A stretch of DNA of 64,000 nt from Mytilus trossulus (GCF_036588685.1 NC_086378.1:52266001-52330000), one strand, 5' to 3'; counted from the first letter of the stretch, positions 1 through 14,488 are shown. The notes: generated by a model not told the origin, from the letters alone. Program-made: numbers and translations.

Positions 1-584
1 AATTTGAACATAATTTTAGAGGAAGCTGGCACTCCATGTAATAATCTCATAGCGATTCCACAGGGTAAAATGGAAAGGGAATCCCAAAGACATAATGGTA
101 ATTGTTCACCAAAAGTTTGAAAAAGGCTATCGCCTGGGCCAAAAAAAATATATATTGAGCCAGAGACATATAATACAATGTATTTTATGTCTCTGCTTGC
201 GCGAACCAGTATGAGGTTACAAATTCCCTTTTTTGGGGGGGGGGTGAGGGTTTGACCTTCAGATGTTTTTATTGAACACTTTTTTTCGCAGGCCGGTCAT
301 AACATTTGATTCGATATGTGAAGCAAAAGGTTTCTGAAATGTGGATATTGTGGCAAAAACAGATGTGAAGCATATTATCTTAAAAAAAAATTGCGTTCAA
401 CATTTTAATATATTTAATATATTGTGTTTAACATTTAAAAATAATAGGGTTATCATTTTGATATTTTATTCTTAACATTTTACAATTTATGTTTACACAG
501 TGTAAAGCTGTTTTCATATGATTTTATAGCATAAACTATTTGACTTTATAATTCATTTTCTTTATAAATAAAACTCTTTCTTCA

Positions 585-747
585 TTTCAGTTATTATGTA
601 TAATTCCTGACGTTTTTTCTAGTGATTGTACATAATCACTGAAAATTTTAGTGATTATATATAATCCCTAAACTAGCCAGCGGATCTACATAATCCCTGA
701 AAGTTTCAGGAATTCTTCATAATCACTGATTATAGAAATTCACTGTA
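585..747. repeat. array of direct and inverted ATAATC[A/C]CTGA motifs (probable transposon subterminal repeats)
   Basis: ataatcactga/ataatccctga and the reverse agtgattat alternate and end in ttcactgt. Confidence 0.5.
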
Positions 748-2354
748 ACGTATACTTATAATAACAACAGTACAATGGTTTGGAGTAAGCTATGTGGAAC
801 ATCTTATATATCATATACACATGATACATAAGCACGAACATCAGGGTTATTTATAAATAAAGCGTCGAGTTAACTGTGTTGAAAACATATTTCATTTTAA
901 AGATTTGTTAAACTGCACTAAAACCAATGTACAAAAAAGTGGGCACTTAAATCAAATGCATGTATGCCTGGTGGATTTTTTATGTGTTAAAAGATCTTTA
1001 GGACATAAACGTAAAACAATGAGTTTACGAAAACAAAATTTCTATGCCATGACCTTCATGAATACAAATAGAACGTATCTTATAATATACATTGTATGCA
1101 GGTAAATTACATCAGGACTGTTGGTGATGTGTGCACGGTTTCAAAATTGAGAAGGGTATGAGGCAATATCAGTTTACATTAGTTGATGACGTTAAGAAAA
1201 TGAAACTGTAAGACCTGTCAATAAATTTATTCATTTCTTACATCCACATTCACCCTTCACCTGGTACATGGATGTCAAATGAAACACAAATGAGACAAAA
1301 AAAAAGGCACATTACAAGCAATCTCACAAAAATATATTATAAGCTGACCGTTTATCTTTATAGATTAAGTCATATAACTATGAAAGAAGAAGTACATACA
1401 ATTTGTACAAACCGAACTACGTTATTATATAAAAAAAACACTCGCGATCTCATCATAAAACGTTAGGTAGGTGATTAGGAGCAAAGTAAGGTTATCATGG
1501 TTATTTAATTTTTCACAGCAATCTATATTATCAAATTCAAGTTGTTTTACATAAGATAAAAATTGTAGCTCTAGTCCTTCATTTTATTTTTTTCCTTACT
1601 TTTGTAATAAGATATTCATAGATAGGTTAAACCAGTGCGATATTATCCATCGAATAAAATTGTGAAGTAAGTCGCTAGTTTTCAATTCAAAACTTTCACT
1701 GCAGAAATTTAGATTTTCACAATTTCTTAATAAAAGTTCTTGTCACTTGATCTTAAATGTCGACGTATTGAATATGACGAACACTAATGATTTCACCAGT
1801 GAAGCAGTGTTTGCTTATATTTTCAGAGGAAATAATTATACACAGTTTTTAATTGGATTTAAGTTTTTAGTTTTCTATGTAGAAGTTAGTGAACGTGTTT
1901 GTTTTTCTGTCGTCTTTGTTAGTTTTTACAAGCAATTTTATGTTAAATGTACCTTTTTAATGTACATAACTCATTCAGTGCTCGGGTAAATACTCATTCG
2001 AAGCATCAATCTATTTTTGAAATTTCTGGCAATTCTTCACTATAGTATCATATTTCTGTCCTGTTATTGATCCCCGCTGATTTTAAAACTCGTCCAACAC
2101 AAAAGTTATACAAACTGAAGATATAAACGGCATAGATGACTGCCAAGGAAAACACACTGACGAGCCAGCACATTGCAAATTCAAATGAAATTTTAAGAAA
2201 CAACAGAAAAAGTTAACGGCTGATTTTAGGACGACCAGAAATTGCTGATGCAAATTTCGAATCGATATGCATTTCATAACAATATTCCAAAATGTTGTGG
2301 TTTGAATTCGATTTCCGAACGTGTCCAAAATATTTGATGCTATAAACCCTTGAT

Positions 2355-3020
2355 TGACACTTATGTTCATAAACAAATCAAAAATCGAAAAGAAACTGAC
2401 AACGCCATGGCTAAAATAGAAAAAGACAAACAAACAAACAATAGTACACAAACACAACATAGACATATAAAGACCAAGCAAAACGAAACACATCCAAAAA
2501 TGGGGTTGGTCTGAGGTATTCTGGAAGAGAAAACAGATCCTACTACCTGCTCATGTACAAAATGTAGTACAGATACGGTAATAAGTCTTATTCGGTAGGT
2601 CACATTTGTGACAAGGGTACAGGGTTGTAGAAACGACAAAAGGAACATATCCACTATCATTTGTGAAACGGGTATTTCATACCGGACAACCAACTCGTGA
2701 TTGTGTCCCTAAAATAACGACGGTATGGTTTCAACCTCTCCATTTTGGAACTCGTGGATTTTAGCTTCCTTGTGAGCAGCAACCCTCTTTCAAGGAAATA
2801 ATGATAGGAAATTAGGAAATACAAGCCCCGGAGTTTTATATTACTTGAAAAATGTATACTCCGTATACAGGTGCTGTTGGAATGTTGGTACAGAGCAATG
2901 AAATGTGCTGAATTGGGAAGCTGAAATTTATCACTTTTGTCGAGAAAAAAAAAATTTCAACCGACTCTCACTGTCAATGTCTAGATGTATGTCAACTTTA
3001 CCTGTTGTATCCTTTATCTC
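2355..3020 (-). mobile_element. decayed Penelope-like retroelement 3' part (family B)
   Basis: Reverse-complement homologue of 30620-31275 (RT thumb remnants plus the gccatggcgttgtcagttt 3' end). Confidence 0.7.
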
Positions 3021-3359
3021 AACCGCCCCTCTTTTATCTGTAGTTTAATGAGAAAGATGCGTTCAAAATAGTCTTCAAATTTGGAATAAAGTGTTCAAGT
3101 GCACAAAGGCCCCAAAGTAAAATCATTTCCGATACACATATGTTGTCAAAATTCACTGTTTCATGTTTTTTCGGACAAAGAGACGTAGAGACGAAGAAAA
3201 CATCGGCAGCAACCAATGATCCTACATGAACTTATTAAAACAATTCTAATGTCCATCATTATCCGTTTTTTTATCATTTAAAGCGTTGAATTCTTTTAAT
3301 TGAGTTAATTGACAAATATAACTATTGAACTGTATTTAGCACCATGATACATGTAACAA

Positions 3360-3530
3360 TAAACTCATCATAGATACAAGGACTAAATTTAGTATATACG
3401 CCAGACGCGCGTTTCGTCTATAAAAGACTTATCATTGACGGTCGATTCCAAAAAAGTTTAAAAGGCCAAATAAAGTACGAAGTTGAAGAGCATTGAGGAC
3501 CAAAATTCCGAAAGGTTTTGCCAAATAACA
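3360..3530 (-). mobile_element. retrozyme/PLE-associated repeat fragment with a decayed hammerhead (3398-3440)
   Basis: Homologous to 61466-61660. The core reads ATGATAA instead of CTGATGA; GAAACGCGCGTCTGGCG is retained. Confidence 0.75.
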
Positions 3531-4677
3531 ATTATACTTAATAACTTTTTCATAGATATAAACCGTATTTTAACCAAATCATTTATCGACTTCTTACCAT
3601 GAGAACCTGAATTCATACCGATTATTGATAGCGCTCATGTTGCCCAATGTAGATTTTCAATATTAAGTTTCAGTGCGGCACGGGGACTGCAATATCTGCT
3701 CAAAATTAATTGATTGAGCAATGCAATGATTTGTTTCATAGCTTTTTCTTCAATAGATCGTATTTAAGTAAGAAACCAACTAGAAACTATGATTAGATAT
3801 AAAAGTTGACCTGAAGCAACTGACTGTTCGTTTTCTGCTTCTTAGGTGATGCAACACTTTTAATACTAAATGTTTTAAAAGTATTTATACATCCTCGGCA
3901 TTCAAACATTTTGGTTTGAGTGTTCATGGTTGATGTATATTCGACAAAAAAAACATACTATTTATAAAACGTTCTGTAGTTGACTAGCATATATAAATAT
4001 TTTTTTATATTTAATAAAAATAGGAAGAAAATATTTATAAACCAGTTATCGAAATGTTAATACAGTTGAATTAAATAAACACGTACAAATCTATTAATAT
4101 ACATTTTTATTCCATTATGATCTAACAATAATGATTTCATGTCTAAATATAGTTGTATATTGTTTATAAATTGTATACATCTGATATATACAGAACTATA
4201 CAAAATTTCAATTGATGGTGCAATACAAAATGTACACAATAAGAGTATTGCTATATGTTAAAATTTTCACATGAACATTATCTCATGATCACATTTGTAC
4301 TAATCTCACCAAAACAAATTAAAAAATTAATTACTGTATTGATGATGTATAATGATTTCTTCGAAACTTGACATATAGGATGTATAAGCGCATAACAGTT
4401 TTAAGTTATTCGTAACAGGCATTTCTATTACTTTTTAAGCTATTTACAGTTTTGTGTTTATTTAAAATATCATATTGCAAGGGAATGAAGTAATTACTGT
4501 AGTAAGCTATAGCCTAATAGGAGTTTGTCCTTTTTTCCCTTTTTTAAACGCTTTTTTTTTTTATTTTAATAACATATTTTAAATACATTTATTATTTATG
4601 TATTATATACATGTATATGTGGAATCGGATTGAATTTGCTAAATTTATTTTTGAGACATTTTTTTGAATATAACATT

Positions 4678-5565
4678 TTAGCCTCCATTATGTCTTGGTG
4701 GCCTTGCTGGAATATGCATTTCTGTCTTCATTGTTGGAGGACGCTCGTGTTCAATTTTGGGTTTCATCACCGCCGATTGAGCGCATCTCACTGGAACTTT
4801 TGATTCTGCAATTATATCAGTATTACCAAGTTGCATTTCTTTTGATGCAACGAAATACTCAGTTTGGTTGCTACCATCTGTAGAGATGCACGGGTGTAAT
4901 TTAAGCTGACGGAGGCGACGTTCTGGTCTATGAGTATTATCCGTCATACTATCATCATACCCCATTAATCTGAACATTGGCTTGACATTTTCAATTGCTC
5001 CCTGGACGAGTTTGTTATGTGTTACCAAGAGGTCCTTTAATTTTTGGAGTGGCAAATTGAAATCTCCTCCAATCAGAACTTCTACACCATGTGTCCATGC
5101 CAGGTATTGCGCCAACCATAAATAACTTGTAGCTTGTTGTTCTAGTTCCTCGGATTCTGCTTTTGTGAGGCTGTGATGCCAGCTGATGCAGTGGAACTGC
5201 TTGACGACATGCTGAGTTGGTTGAGGTGATAATATGTTCATTAATGGGAAAATCATTTGGCCTAATTGTACACCAGGTACCTTCAATGTTGGTATTAAAT
5301 CAAACCAATTTTGCATTTCTGGCTCTAATCGTTTGGAGTCGTACAGAAGGACAGTCTCCGAACTGAAAGCCAAATTTACTGGGCGGTAATCGTTGAGTGC
5401 GAATGAAGTCATATCTGGATTGTTACCTGGTAGAAACACCATATCGGGTTCATTCTGCCAGATTACATCATTCAAATAAGATTTTTGTTCAGATTGACAC
5501 TGCTCTCCATTTCTACCAAACAGTTTCATGCTTATAATGTTGAGTCTGTCTGTATATTTCCCCAT
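4678..5565 (-). CDS. EEP/DNase I-like fold protein, paralogue 1 (295 aa, single coding exon; probable pseudo-enzyme)
   Basis: The ORF aligns end to end with 13598-14488 and 22586-23476. It has EEP-type motifs IISM(K), EPDMVFL, CISWH and IGGDFN. The true start is probably MGKYTDRL (ATG at 5565), which matches the MGRD starts of the paralogues and follows a splice acceptor (AG at 5572-5571). The 14 extra N-terminal residues of the track ORF (5607) are likely intronic. Confidence 0.85.
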   Translation of the reverse strand: MGKYTDRLNIISMKLFGRNGEQCQSEQKSYLNDVIWQNEPDMVFLPGNNPDMTSFALNDYRPVNLAFSSETVLLYDSKRLEPEMQNWFDLIPTLKVPGVQLGQMIFPLMNILSPQPTQHVVKQFHCISWHHSLTKAESEELEQQATSYLWLAQYLAWTHGVEVLIGGDFNLPLQKLKDLLVTHNKLVQGAIENVKPMFRLMGYDDSMTDNTHRPERRLRQLKLHPCISTDGSNQTEYFVASKEMQLGNTDIIAESKVPVRCAQSAVMKPKIEHERPPTMKTEMHIPARPPRHNGG

Positions 5566-5702
5566 TTTACCTTTAAATACAATGAGTTTTTCATAAATAT
5601 TATTCATTCATTCACAATCTCTATACATAGAATGGAACAATAAAACGAGATAATGATATTGTCAACTCTATTGAAACCCCAAAGAATATTGTCTCATATT
5701 CA

Positions 5703-5975
5703 GGTGGTACCTAACACTACAGGGAGATAACTTTGTAAAATCAGCTAACCGTTTTAATTACGTTGTGTCTGAAGTCAATATTAAGCTTCTCAATGATTAA
5801 AATAAGTGTATGTCAAACTGCTATATAACCAGTGTCTTTTTTTCTGACAAAACGGTTGGTTAAAATTTTTTGAAATTTGTATATTTTTGTCAAAGGGTCA
5901 AAGTAAATACTTTGTTAAAATTTTATGAAAATTAAACGAGTCAAATTAATTTTAGTGAAAGTGTTGGGTACCACC
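5703..5975. mobile_element. MITE with GGTGGTACCYAACAC TIRs and TTAA-type target (Kolobok-like)
   Basis: Left ttca|ggtggtacctaacact, right agtgttgggtaccacc|ttaa. Confidence 0.7.
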
Positions 5976-6125
5976 TTAAGCATTGGTAAATTCATCAAAG
6001 CAGTCAGTACTGCAGGGATGTTTAGATTGCTATAATGCTTGTAAGCGCATTTCTTTTTCTTTATGAAGATTATGTTACAATCCTTTGCTATGTTGGATTT
6101 TTTTGGCAAGGGGGGGATTTTTATA

Positions 6126-6940
6126 CAAATATATCATGCTTATAAGGGGTATTTGCCAAAAATACCGGTTGAGAGGTTCAAATTTCCAGAGCCGATAGGC
6201 GAGGGAAATTTGATTACCTCGAAACCGGTATTTTTGGCAAATACCCCTTGTAAGCATGATATAATTGTTTAATTCCACCGAATGTTCCACCCCAGTAAGT
6301 TTATTATAATCAGGTATCATATGTAAGTTCTATTTGAATGTTTCATTTTTGTAAACACTGCCGCTGTGCTATTTGCGCAGTCAAATTGCAGTGACCGTAT
6401 AATGGTCTATAATCATTTCTTATCATTTTTTTTTATGTAAAGTCACTAGCTGACCTTTTTGTGATAATTTGCTGATTCTCGGCGGACTACTACACTTAGT
6501 TCATCAGTTTGACTGAAGCGTAATACAAGTGGATTCCAGTTTTATGTGACCAGTTGATAGTTCATTTCCATTGAATTTTATTTATGACGTCATTAAAAGT
6601 ACAGGTTCGCGGAATTTTAACGTCATTCAATAATGATGCTTTTTATTCTTAATATTTCATCTGGAACCGTATATTTAAAATGACCATGAATTTGTCATCT
6701 TAGAATAGAAATAATTAATTGAGTTATTTTTAGACATGGTTTTCCCCATCTGCCATGGTATTTGCTAGGGTATTCCCCATCTGCCATGGTATTTGCTAGC
6801 AAATTCCCCGGCACATGGAATTCCCTAATGACAAATACCCCGGCAGAGAAAAGAAAATATCAAAACATAGAAATTGGTTAAAAATACCATGTCTCTCATC
6901 CAATCAAAATACAGCATTATTACATAAGGTGGAATTATAT
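6126..6940 (+). mobile_element. long-hairpin element 1 (Crypton-like non-autonomous)
   Basis: Hairpin 6130-6263, then a module bracketed by TAATTCCACC (6270) and GGTGGAATTA (6928-6937), with CCAATC at 6900. Confidence 0.6.
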
Positions 6941-7390
6941 GTAAAATACACATTGTAAAAAATATTTTAACGTAAGTTTATGGCAGAATTTGTTGATCGT
7001 CATTCTTGTGTAAACGCCGCGTTAATACCCTTATATATCACACAGCAGAAATCTTATTGTGAATGCTATCATTCCATTAAAAGCAAGAAGAATGATAATT
7101 GAAGAATTGATATGTCCATAAACTCGCACATAAACGATTATATCAAACAGATTTTCAGAAAATGAAATACAATTCTATAAATAGATTTGTGAGTCGATTA
7201 TGTAACACTACGAATCGAAAATAGATAATGTGTTGTATGATAAAAAGGAATTTGTTAACAATAAAGGTAGAGTAGCTTTGTTTCAAATAGATGTTTATAT
7301 GTTGGTAGACATGGTAGAAGAATACTATATTTTTCAAAATTTCTTGACCCTTTTCATTGACGTTCCACATTTAGGATATATATAACTTAC

Positions 7391-7452
7391 CTTATAGTTA
7401 CGTTAAATTATTTTTCAATTTATTTATTTGAAGTTTGACCCGTTTTGAAGTT
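7391..7452 (-). other. predicted non-coding exon 2 of EEP paralogue 1 (62 nt)
   Basis: Minus-strand acceptor tttcattccacaagcag| and donor ataag|gtaagt at 7390. The size matches the equivalent exons of the other two paralogues. Confidence 0.55.
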
Positions 7453-9840
7453 CTGCTTGTGGAATGAAAATAAGATTTCTTGAAATAAATTAAGAAAATT
7501 TGAAATCAAAATTGATCGCGGACTGATTACGATATTGTCTTTTGAGTTCAAAATATACCACAGGGTGTTTGCTACAAACTCGAGGCTACAAAATCTATAT
7601 ATTCATAATAAAACGTCAATATTGTTCTATTTGGTGAATTTTAATGCATTGAATTTTCTCGTTTTATTGTTGCATATAAGTATATATCAGTAAACTTTTT
7701 ATGATATTCTGAATGGAGAATGTATCCAAAGAAAGGGAATAAATAGACCACGATTAAGTTATGATCATAATGACGCATAACTCCCTAATAAAATAGGTAT
7801 TTTAAGACAAAATTATTCGGGCACTGTTTAATTCCTTAATTTTATAATGGAATTACTTTTATCATTTTAAAATATTAAATATATTGTACTTTTGAATAAA
7901 AATAATTCATATTGTATTAAGCATATTTTGAAAATGACATATAATTATTTACTAACTCCTCAGTCAATCCTCGTTTTGTTGAAAAAGCTACAAATTTTGT
8001 TGCGAAATCTACGATGAGGTATAATAAAGAAATATTGAATTACTTATTTTCAATAATATGATAGAACAGGGATACTAACAACGTAGGTCCAACTTCTGAT
8101 CCTCAACAATTTAAAAGAAGTGTCAAAACTCAAATACTAATATTTGTTTAAGTAAAACCCTCGTGTGCATTATGATTTCAGTCAATGTTCCAATTATCAT
8201 CCAGTTTGATTGATTGTACACCCATAGTCAAACGTGAAATTGTTCGCGACACCCGACCTTCCTCTATCAATAACAGGCTGCTGCCACCGCTGATTTTTCA
8301 ACAGAAAATGTATTTATACTTTATTAATTTCATAAAGTATTGTTCTTATTTATGTTTATTATACATGTTTTCTAATTGATACTAGCGATATTTTTGAAAA
8401 TGTTTTATGAATTGCCTGGTTACTTTATCAGTAAATAAACCTACGGTTATTTGACAAGATTTCAGCTTCAGAAAAAGCTCCAGATAAATCAGAGCCATTT
8501 CCTATATTTACAACATTATACACAGTAGCAGGGGTATAGCAAGATTTTAAAAGTTATATGATATGCCTAATAAAATAATTAAATCAATCTAAAACACTAT
8601 ATGATATGAGAGTATATTAGTGTATGAGGCTGTACAATGACACATCAAGTTGATCACATCCACGTCTGGAAGATAATTGTCTCATGGGAAATCAAAGCGT
8701 ACCAAGTCTGTTTCACTAGTCTTTTCATCGTCTATTAAACCGGTTTAAGGAAGTATACGCTTGTCATGTTTTGGGATTTTTGTCAGATTTTCGGAAGCCT
8801 CTGGATTTATTCATTTGAATGCCTTGAAAACATTGCCCGTTGACTCCCATTTTTCTTTTTTTAAATCTTTTGCATGTATAATGATAAGCCATCAGCAAAA
8901 GTCTTATAACATTTATATTATTTTTTAATTGTTTTTTTAGAACTTAAACTTGTCAAAGATAAAGCTATAAAGAGTCAAGAGAGAAAATTTTCCCGCCAGA
9001 AATTCAATGGCTTATATGTATTTTTATTTCGTTTGAAATAGGGTTTTTCCCGTTTGCTATTTGTAGTTAATATTTACAGATGGGAACTAGTATAACTAGT
9101 TCGGATACTGGTTTTGTAACAGTATGTGCTATTTATAAGTTTGATATTAGGTGCAGGAGGCACGAGGAAAGTTTTGGCGGTTTTTATGGGTGGGGTTTAA
9201 AGGTACTATATAAAGTTTGGGATTTAAATGTATTAGTATCGAAGGTGCTCGCAGTTACGTCGGATTGAAGTTGGTCACATAGGTATATGTGCAGTTGCTG
9301 CTATGTTTATTGTACGTACAGGCGTTGGAGGCATTAGCCGGGGGAAAAGAAACGATGCGAAAGAGGAACAATGTTATATGTCATGTGTTTATATAATGTT
9401 TCGATTGAAGAAATATGTGCAATTCAGTAAAATAAAATATTGTATCGCAAGAGAAAATAAGATGTTACTGCGAGCAACTAATCCTATATCTGTGTTTGTC
9501 TTGTTTATAGCTTAATGAATTAGAAATTTAATGCTTTAAATTCGGACGAGCAGGGCGAGGGAGAATTTAAATCTCGAAAACTATCACATTGACCAATATA
9601 TATTTGTTGCTCTTTCTATTACGTTATTAATTCCCTATCAATATAAAATAGTGTTTTGAAAAGTTAATTATTTTGAAACTGACAAGCCAACTCCCTTACG
9701 AAATAAGATTGTTCTGTAGCTAAAGTTTTGTATTTTTCACTAGAAGCACTTGCATTGTGTGCAATCTGTTTGAATACAAATACAATATATGTAAGATATG
9801 GATAAAGAAGTAATGAATAAGACGAAAGTATAATCCTTAC

Positions 9841-9944
9841 CTGTTCTTGGATGTCAGCTTATTGAATGCAGCGATGTCTATAAAAATTTTCTACGCCGCA
9901 AATGGTTTAAACCAAAATCTCAGAAAACTTCCAACTATAAATAG
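9841..9944 (-). promoter_or_regulatory. predicted core promoter and non-coding exon 1 of EEP paralogue 1
   Basis: Donor cag|gtaagg at 9840. A TATA-like CTATTTATAG (9944-9935) is followed by TTGGAAGTTTTCTGAG, a block also found upstream of the other two paralogues. Confidence 0.5.
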
Positions 9945-11754
9945 CGTGTACTAGTATTCTAATAATACGAAGCGGATTTTACGTTTCCTTAAATAGCTCG
10001 AGATGATATACAATGTTCTACAAACTTAACAGGAATGAAAGAAACATACTTATATCATTAGCAGATCACAGACAAATCTTAAATCTGAAACTGATTTCGC
10101 TATTTTCTTGGCAATTGAAAATAAAATAAAGACACATTGCAATCTTTAACAACAAAAACACTAAAGACCGATAACGAAGTAAATATAATGTGTATACATA
10201 GTTGCTTAAATAAAGTTCAACGTATCAATCGTCTAAAATCTCTTAGATTAGGATATCGATCATATCTGGATCCGTCTCCAATATTTTTAGTTTCGAGCAA
10301 TTCTTTAAACAAATATAAAAAAGGTATAATCTTAACTGATATCTGTTACTTTACATTTTTTTTTCGTTTGAATTAAAAAAAAATATTGAACATGTGGCGT
10401 TATGTTTGAAAACAGTAAGGAATTAATGAAGTTACTATAATTAAGTAATAAATCTGTTCTATAATCTCCACTTATTAAAATGGTTGTTAGAATACTGCAA
10501 CCCAATATAACGTCTTTACAATCACCTGTTTAATTATGGCAACAGTGACAACCGAGAGTACATTTGAGGAACAAGGTTTAGATTTCAAGGATCAATGTTA
10601 AAAATAATATGCACAAAAGGGAAGAAATTGTTTTTTTCCGGAATTCTCTCATCATTCTGATTTAGCCTCATTGTTGTGTTCATCTGAGAGAAAGACCGCT
10701 TCTTGCAAAATAAAGTATAGAAAAGGTGCATAACATACCACATACAAACGACAAACAACAAAGCAATAACTATATGCATAACATGAGTGAACACACTGGC
10801 ACACAAAACATGAGTGAATATAAAGGTATTTTATTGTTCAAAAAAGACTTGCACAACAATAGCTCAGAAGACAAGCAAAATTATGGTAATGTCATAAAGT
10901 AAATCAGGATGATGTTCAATTAAACTGATTATATCAATGCAAAACTTTATGATTACCAGGATTGATTTCCATATTAGACAGGAAAACTTTCATTAAGGAT
11001 GATACAATGTATGTGTATTTCGCAAACTTACAAACGTTCTATTTTGGTACATTTTTAGGGGCTTCTTTTTGTCATGGTATTTTTGTTTTGTATTGAATTT
11101 CTGTTTGTATGATTTTACTATTCGCTTATTCCTCTTTGTATATCTTCCCTCTTCCTATTGGTTTTCTGCTCCTGTTTACCTTGACTTCTCAGTTGTATTG
11201 TTTGTGTATTTTCCTCCAGATAGTGATTTTTATATCCCTTTATACACTGTTAGATCGATTTAAATTAGTTGTTATTTATTTCATTCATAATATAAAATTG
11301 AGGATGGAAATGGAAAATATGTCACAGATCAGACAACAACCGATTGGTGTACAAAATATCCAATCATTATATACAAATCCCGCAAGAAAATTTTACAAAT
11401 AATACATTTTATAACATCATACAAGAGAACCTTTGATTAGAACCTGGGTTGTCATAAAAACATATATCAGGAGAAAAGACTTTTCGTTTGAATTTCTTTT
11501 GATATTATTTATGAAGTCATGCACGTGTAATAGGTATTAAGGTCATGAGTATATATTTTTATTCAGCTTTTAAAAAAGTCAAAAGTGAAAGTAGAATTTA
11601 CAATTTTAGAAGAACTATTCACTAATTATAACTTTATGTGAACATCGTGCTAGCCTTAAACTATTAAATATGATCAAAGAGTAGAATATATGAATTGATT
11701 TTATTATTCATAACACACAATCCTTGAGAGACACTGACAGAAGAAAATAAAAAA

Positions 11755-12077
11755 TGGGAGGGTTGAGATCTCATAAACATGTTTAACCCCGCCGCAGTTT
11801 TGCGCCTGTCTCAAGTCAGGAGCCTCTGACCTTTATTAGTCTTGTATATTTTTTAGTTTTAATTTCTTGTGTACAATTTGGAGTTAATAATTTTAGTATG
11901 GCATTCATTATCACAGAACTAGTATATATTTGTTTAGGGACCCGCTGAAGGACGCCTCCGGGTGCGGGAACTTCTCGCTTCATAGACGACATGTAGGTGA
12001 TCTTCTGCTGTTGTTTATTCTATGGTCGGGTTGTTGTCTCTTTGACACATTCCCCATTTCCATTCATAATTTTATTA
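11755..12077 (+). mobile_element. 3' end fragment of family A PLE-associated repeat
   Basis: Matches 30045-30360 (gggagggttgagatctc...cacattccccatttccatt). Confidence 0.85.
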
Positions 12078-13597
12078 CTCGTATCGAATGAAATACAATG
12101 TGCATTTTCCACGAAAAAATAAAGAGAGCGTATAATGTTATGCAGTGTTTATATAGACACTTATTCCTTTAAATATACATCGTCATCAGTAAAATATCCA
12201 CAAAGTCATTTTGATTAAGTTTGATCAACCGCATACTGAGGAGTACAACTTGTCAAATCAAAAATCAACAACCGACTCAAAAAAACGATGGACGCACAAA
12301 CAAAAGAAAACAACCTCGAAATGTATAGGATCCAACTAGCTGACTAAGTATCATACATAAATGATTTCCAAAAAAAAAACGATTATTTTTATAGTTTTCT
12401 GAACTCATTTGACTTAAATCATGTACAAAATGTATAAGCATGTTTGTTTATTATTTGGTAATTTTTACATTTTGTCATATAGTTTTGTCCAGATATTACC
12501 CTGTTTGTCTCTTCCTCATTTTAGAAGCAAATACTGTTGAAGATATAAAAGAGTCGTAACACGGGGCAACATTAAAATTTCAATTTATGATAACATTTCA
12601 AAACAATTGTGTGTGTTTTTGTTGGGTTTGTTTACTTGCTGTTGGTACAGTTAATTTAGATTTATAATAGTTATGTTCTCACGTTTCATCTATATGGTAT
12701 CAAATGCTACAAGCGTCCCCCAACTACAGTTTTTGTTGTTATCTGTATTGAGTTCCTCTTTCGGTGACAATCGTGTCCATTGATTATTTATTTTACGGGA
12801 TTTAAAAAAAAAAATTGAATAAAATTAATTGTTCAACAATATATCCTATGTGTCTCAAAACTCACATTACTACTTAGCTTCGAGCATGAAGGGTGTACAT
12901 GATCGACAATAACATTATAATGTAAAGATTTTTCAAGTCATTTGTCAATCAAATGATTGCATCAATACAGCTTTTTATGTTGGGTTCGTTTTGCTTCTTC
13001 TCTTCTTTGCTACCCAATTTGATCAATAATTAAATTATGGTATATTAACATAAACTTTATTTATAAAAATTAAACTAAATACATATAAAACATATCTGTC
13101 CGAAGGAAGACAATACAATGTACACATAATTCCACATAAGGCTTGCATAAATCATTTTGTAAAACGAAGTAAATAATGTTTTATGTATCAATATTACACA
13201 GTGGATTCAGAAACTCCCTAATAAAAGAAGAGTATGTATATGTCTGCAAATATTAGTCTTCAACAAGTCATATAATGCTTTAAAGTGTAAACACAATATC
13301 ATCGTTTCCAATCCATTTGAATCATAATAAATCAATCACAATATTAACATGTAAAATATCAAAATAATATAGTAAAACAGTCTTTATTTACAGAGTAATT
13401 ACTACTTAATAAACCTATAAATTTCATAATTTTTTTTCTCGGATTTGTTACCTTTATTTATTTTTCTATTTTTGAAGGATAAAATAAACATATATACTAA
13501 TAAAATGAAACCAGATAAAGGCGAAAGACAACCTTTACGAATAATACTTAGAATCTATATACAGGTAATTTAATAAACAAAATAAAAGGAAAAGATT

Positions 13598-14488
13598 TTA
13601 ACCACCGTTGTGTCTTGGTGGCCTTGCTGGAATACACATCTGTGTCTTCGTTGGCAATGGACAGAAATTCTGTACAGCTGGCCTGTTCATCGTCAGAGTG
13701 GTGCATCTTCCTGGAAGTGTTGACGCTGTCATCATTTCGGTCTTACATAGATTCATTTCTTTTGATGCGACAAAGTAGTTGGTGTCCCCGTTAATCCCTG
13801 CCACCGACTTACACTTGTGGAGTTTAAGTTGTCGGAGTGCACATCCTGGTTCTTGTATATATTCTGTCATTTCATCCATATATCCATGTTTCCTGAAAAA
13901 TGGTTTAATATCTTCGACGCCCTTTTGAATGAGGGTATTGTGTTCATCTAGAAGCTCTTGTATCTTCTTAATTGGCAAATTAAAGTCGCCTCCAATCAAG
14001 ATCTCTACTTTAGAAGTCCATCCAAGATATTGTGCAAGCCATAGATACCGAGACGCAAACTGATAGAGTTCCTGTGATGTTGTTTGAGTAAGCTCCCAAT
14101 GCCAGCTGATGCAATGAAATTTCTTGACCGTATGTTGAGTGGGTTTTGGAGCCAAGACTTCGAACAAAGGATACATTAACTTGCCTTGTTGTATGCCAGG
14201 AACTACCATAGATGGCACCATATCGTACCAATCTGGTGTACTCAATTTCAATCTCTTCGTATCGTACAAAAGTACAGTTTCGTGGTTATGATGGACTTGT
14301 GTTTGGCGATAATCATTTAGTTCTGAGGACGACATATCAGGATCGTCTCCGGGCAGAAATAATAAGTCGGGTTCATTGTCTCCGATTACATCTTTTAAAT
14401 AAGACTTTCGATAGTCCTGATATTGCCGTCTTTTTCTTCCAGAAGCATTCATGCTAACGATTGTAAGTCTGTCTATATCTCTTCCCAT
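13598..14488 (-). CDS. EEP/DNase I-like fold protein, paralogue 2 (296 aa)
   Basis: Intact ORF with IVSMNASG, EPDLLFL, CISWH, IGGDFN and C-terminal IPARPPRHNGG. An acceptor (cttacag|, ending at 14499) lies just upstream of the ATG. Confidence 0.88.
   Translation of the reverse strand: MGRDIDRLTIVSMNASGRKRRQYQDYRKSYLKDVIGDNEPDLLFLPGDDPDMSSSELNDYRQTQVHHNHETVLLYDTKRLKLSTPDWYDMVPSMVVPGIQQGKLMYPLFEVLAPKPTQHTVKKFHCISWHWELTQTTSQELYQFASRYLWLAQYLGWTSKVEILIGGDFNLPIKKIQELLDEHNTLIQKGVEDIKPFFRKHGYMDEMTEYIQEPGCALRQLKLHKCKSVAGINGDTNYFVASKEMNLCKTEMMTASTLPGRCTTLTMNRPAVQNFCPLPTKTQMCIPARPPRHNGG

Noticed and set aside
905-2693. short ORFs of 60-136 aa here and the many similar ones across the window
   Set aside because: Low-complexity F/L/I/K-rich translations of AT-rich or repeat DNA, many with non-ATG starts and no domain motifs.
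5566-5607. N-terminal extension MNNIYEKLIVFKGK of the 309-aa track ORF
   Set aside because: Absent from both paralogues and lies upstream of a splice acceptor at the homologous position; probably intron.
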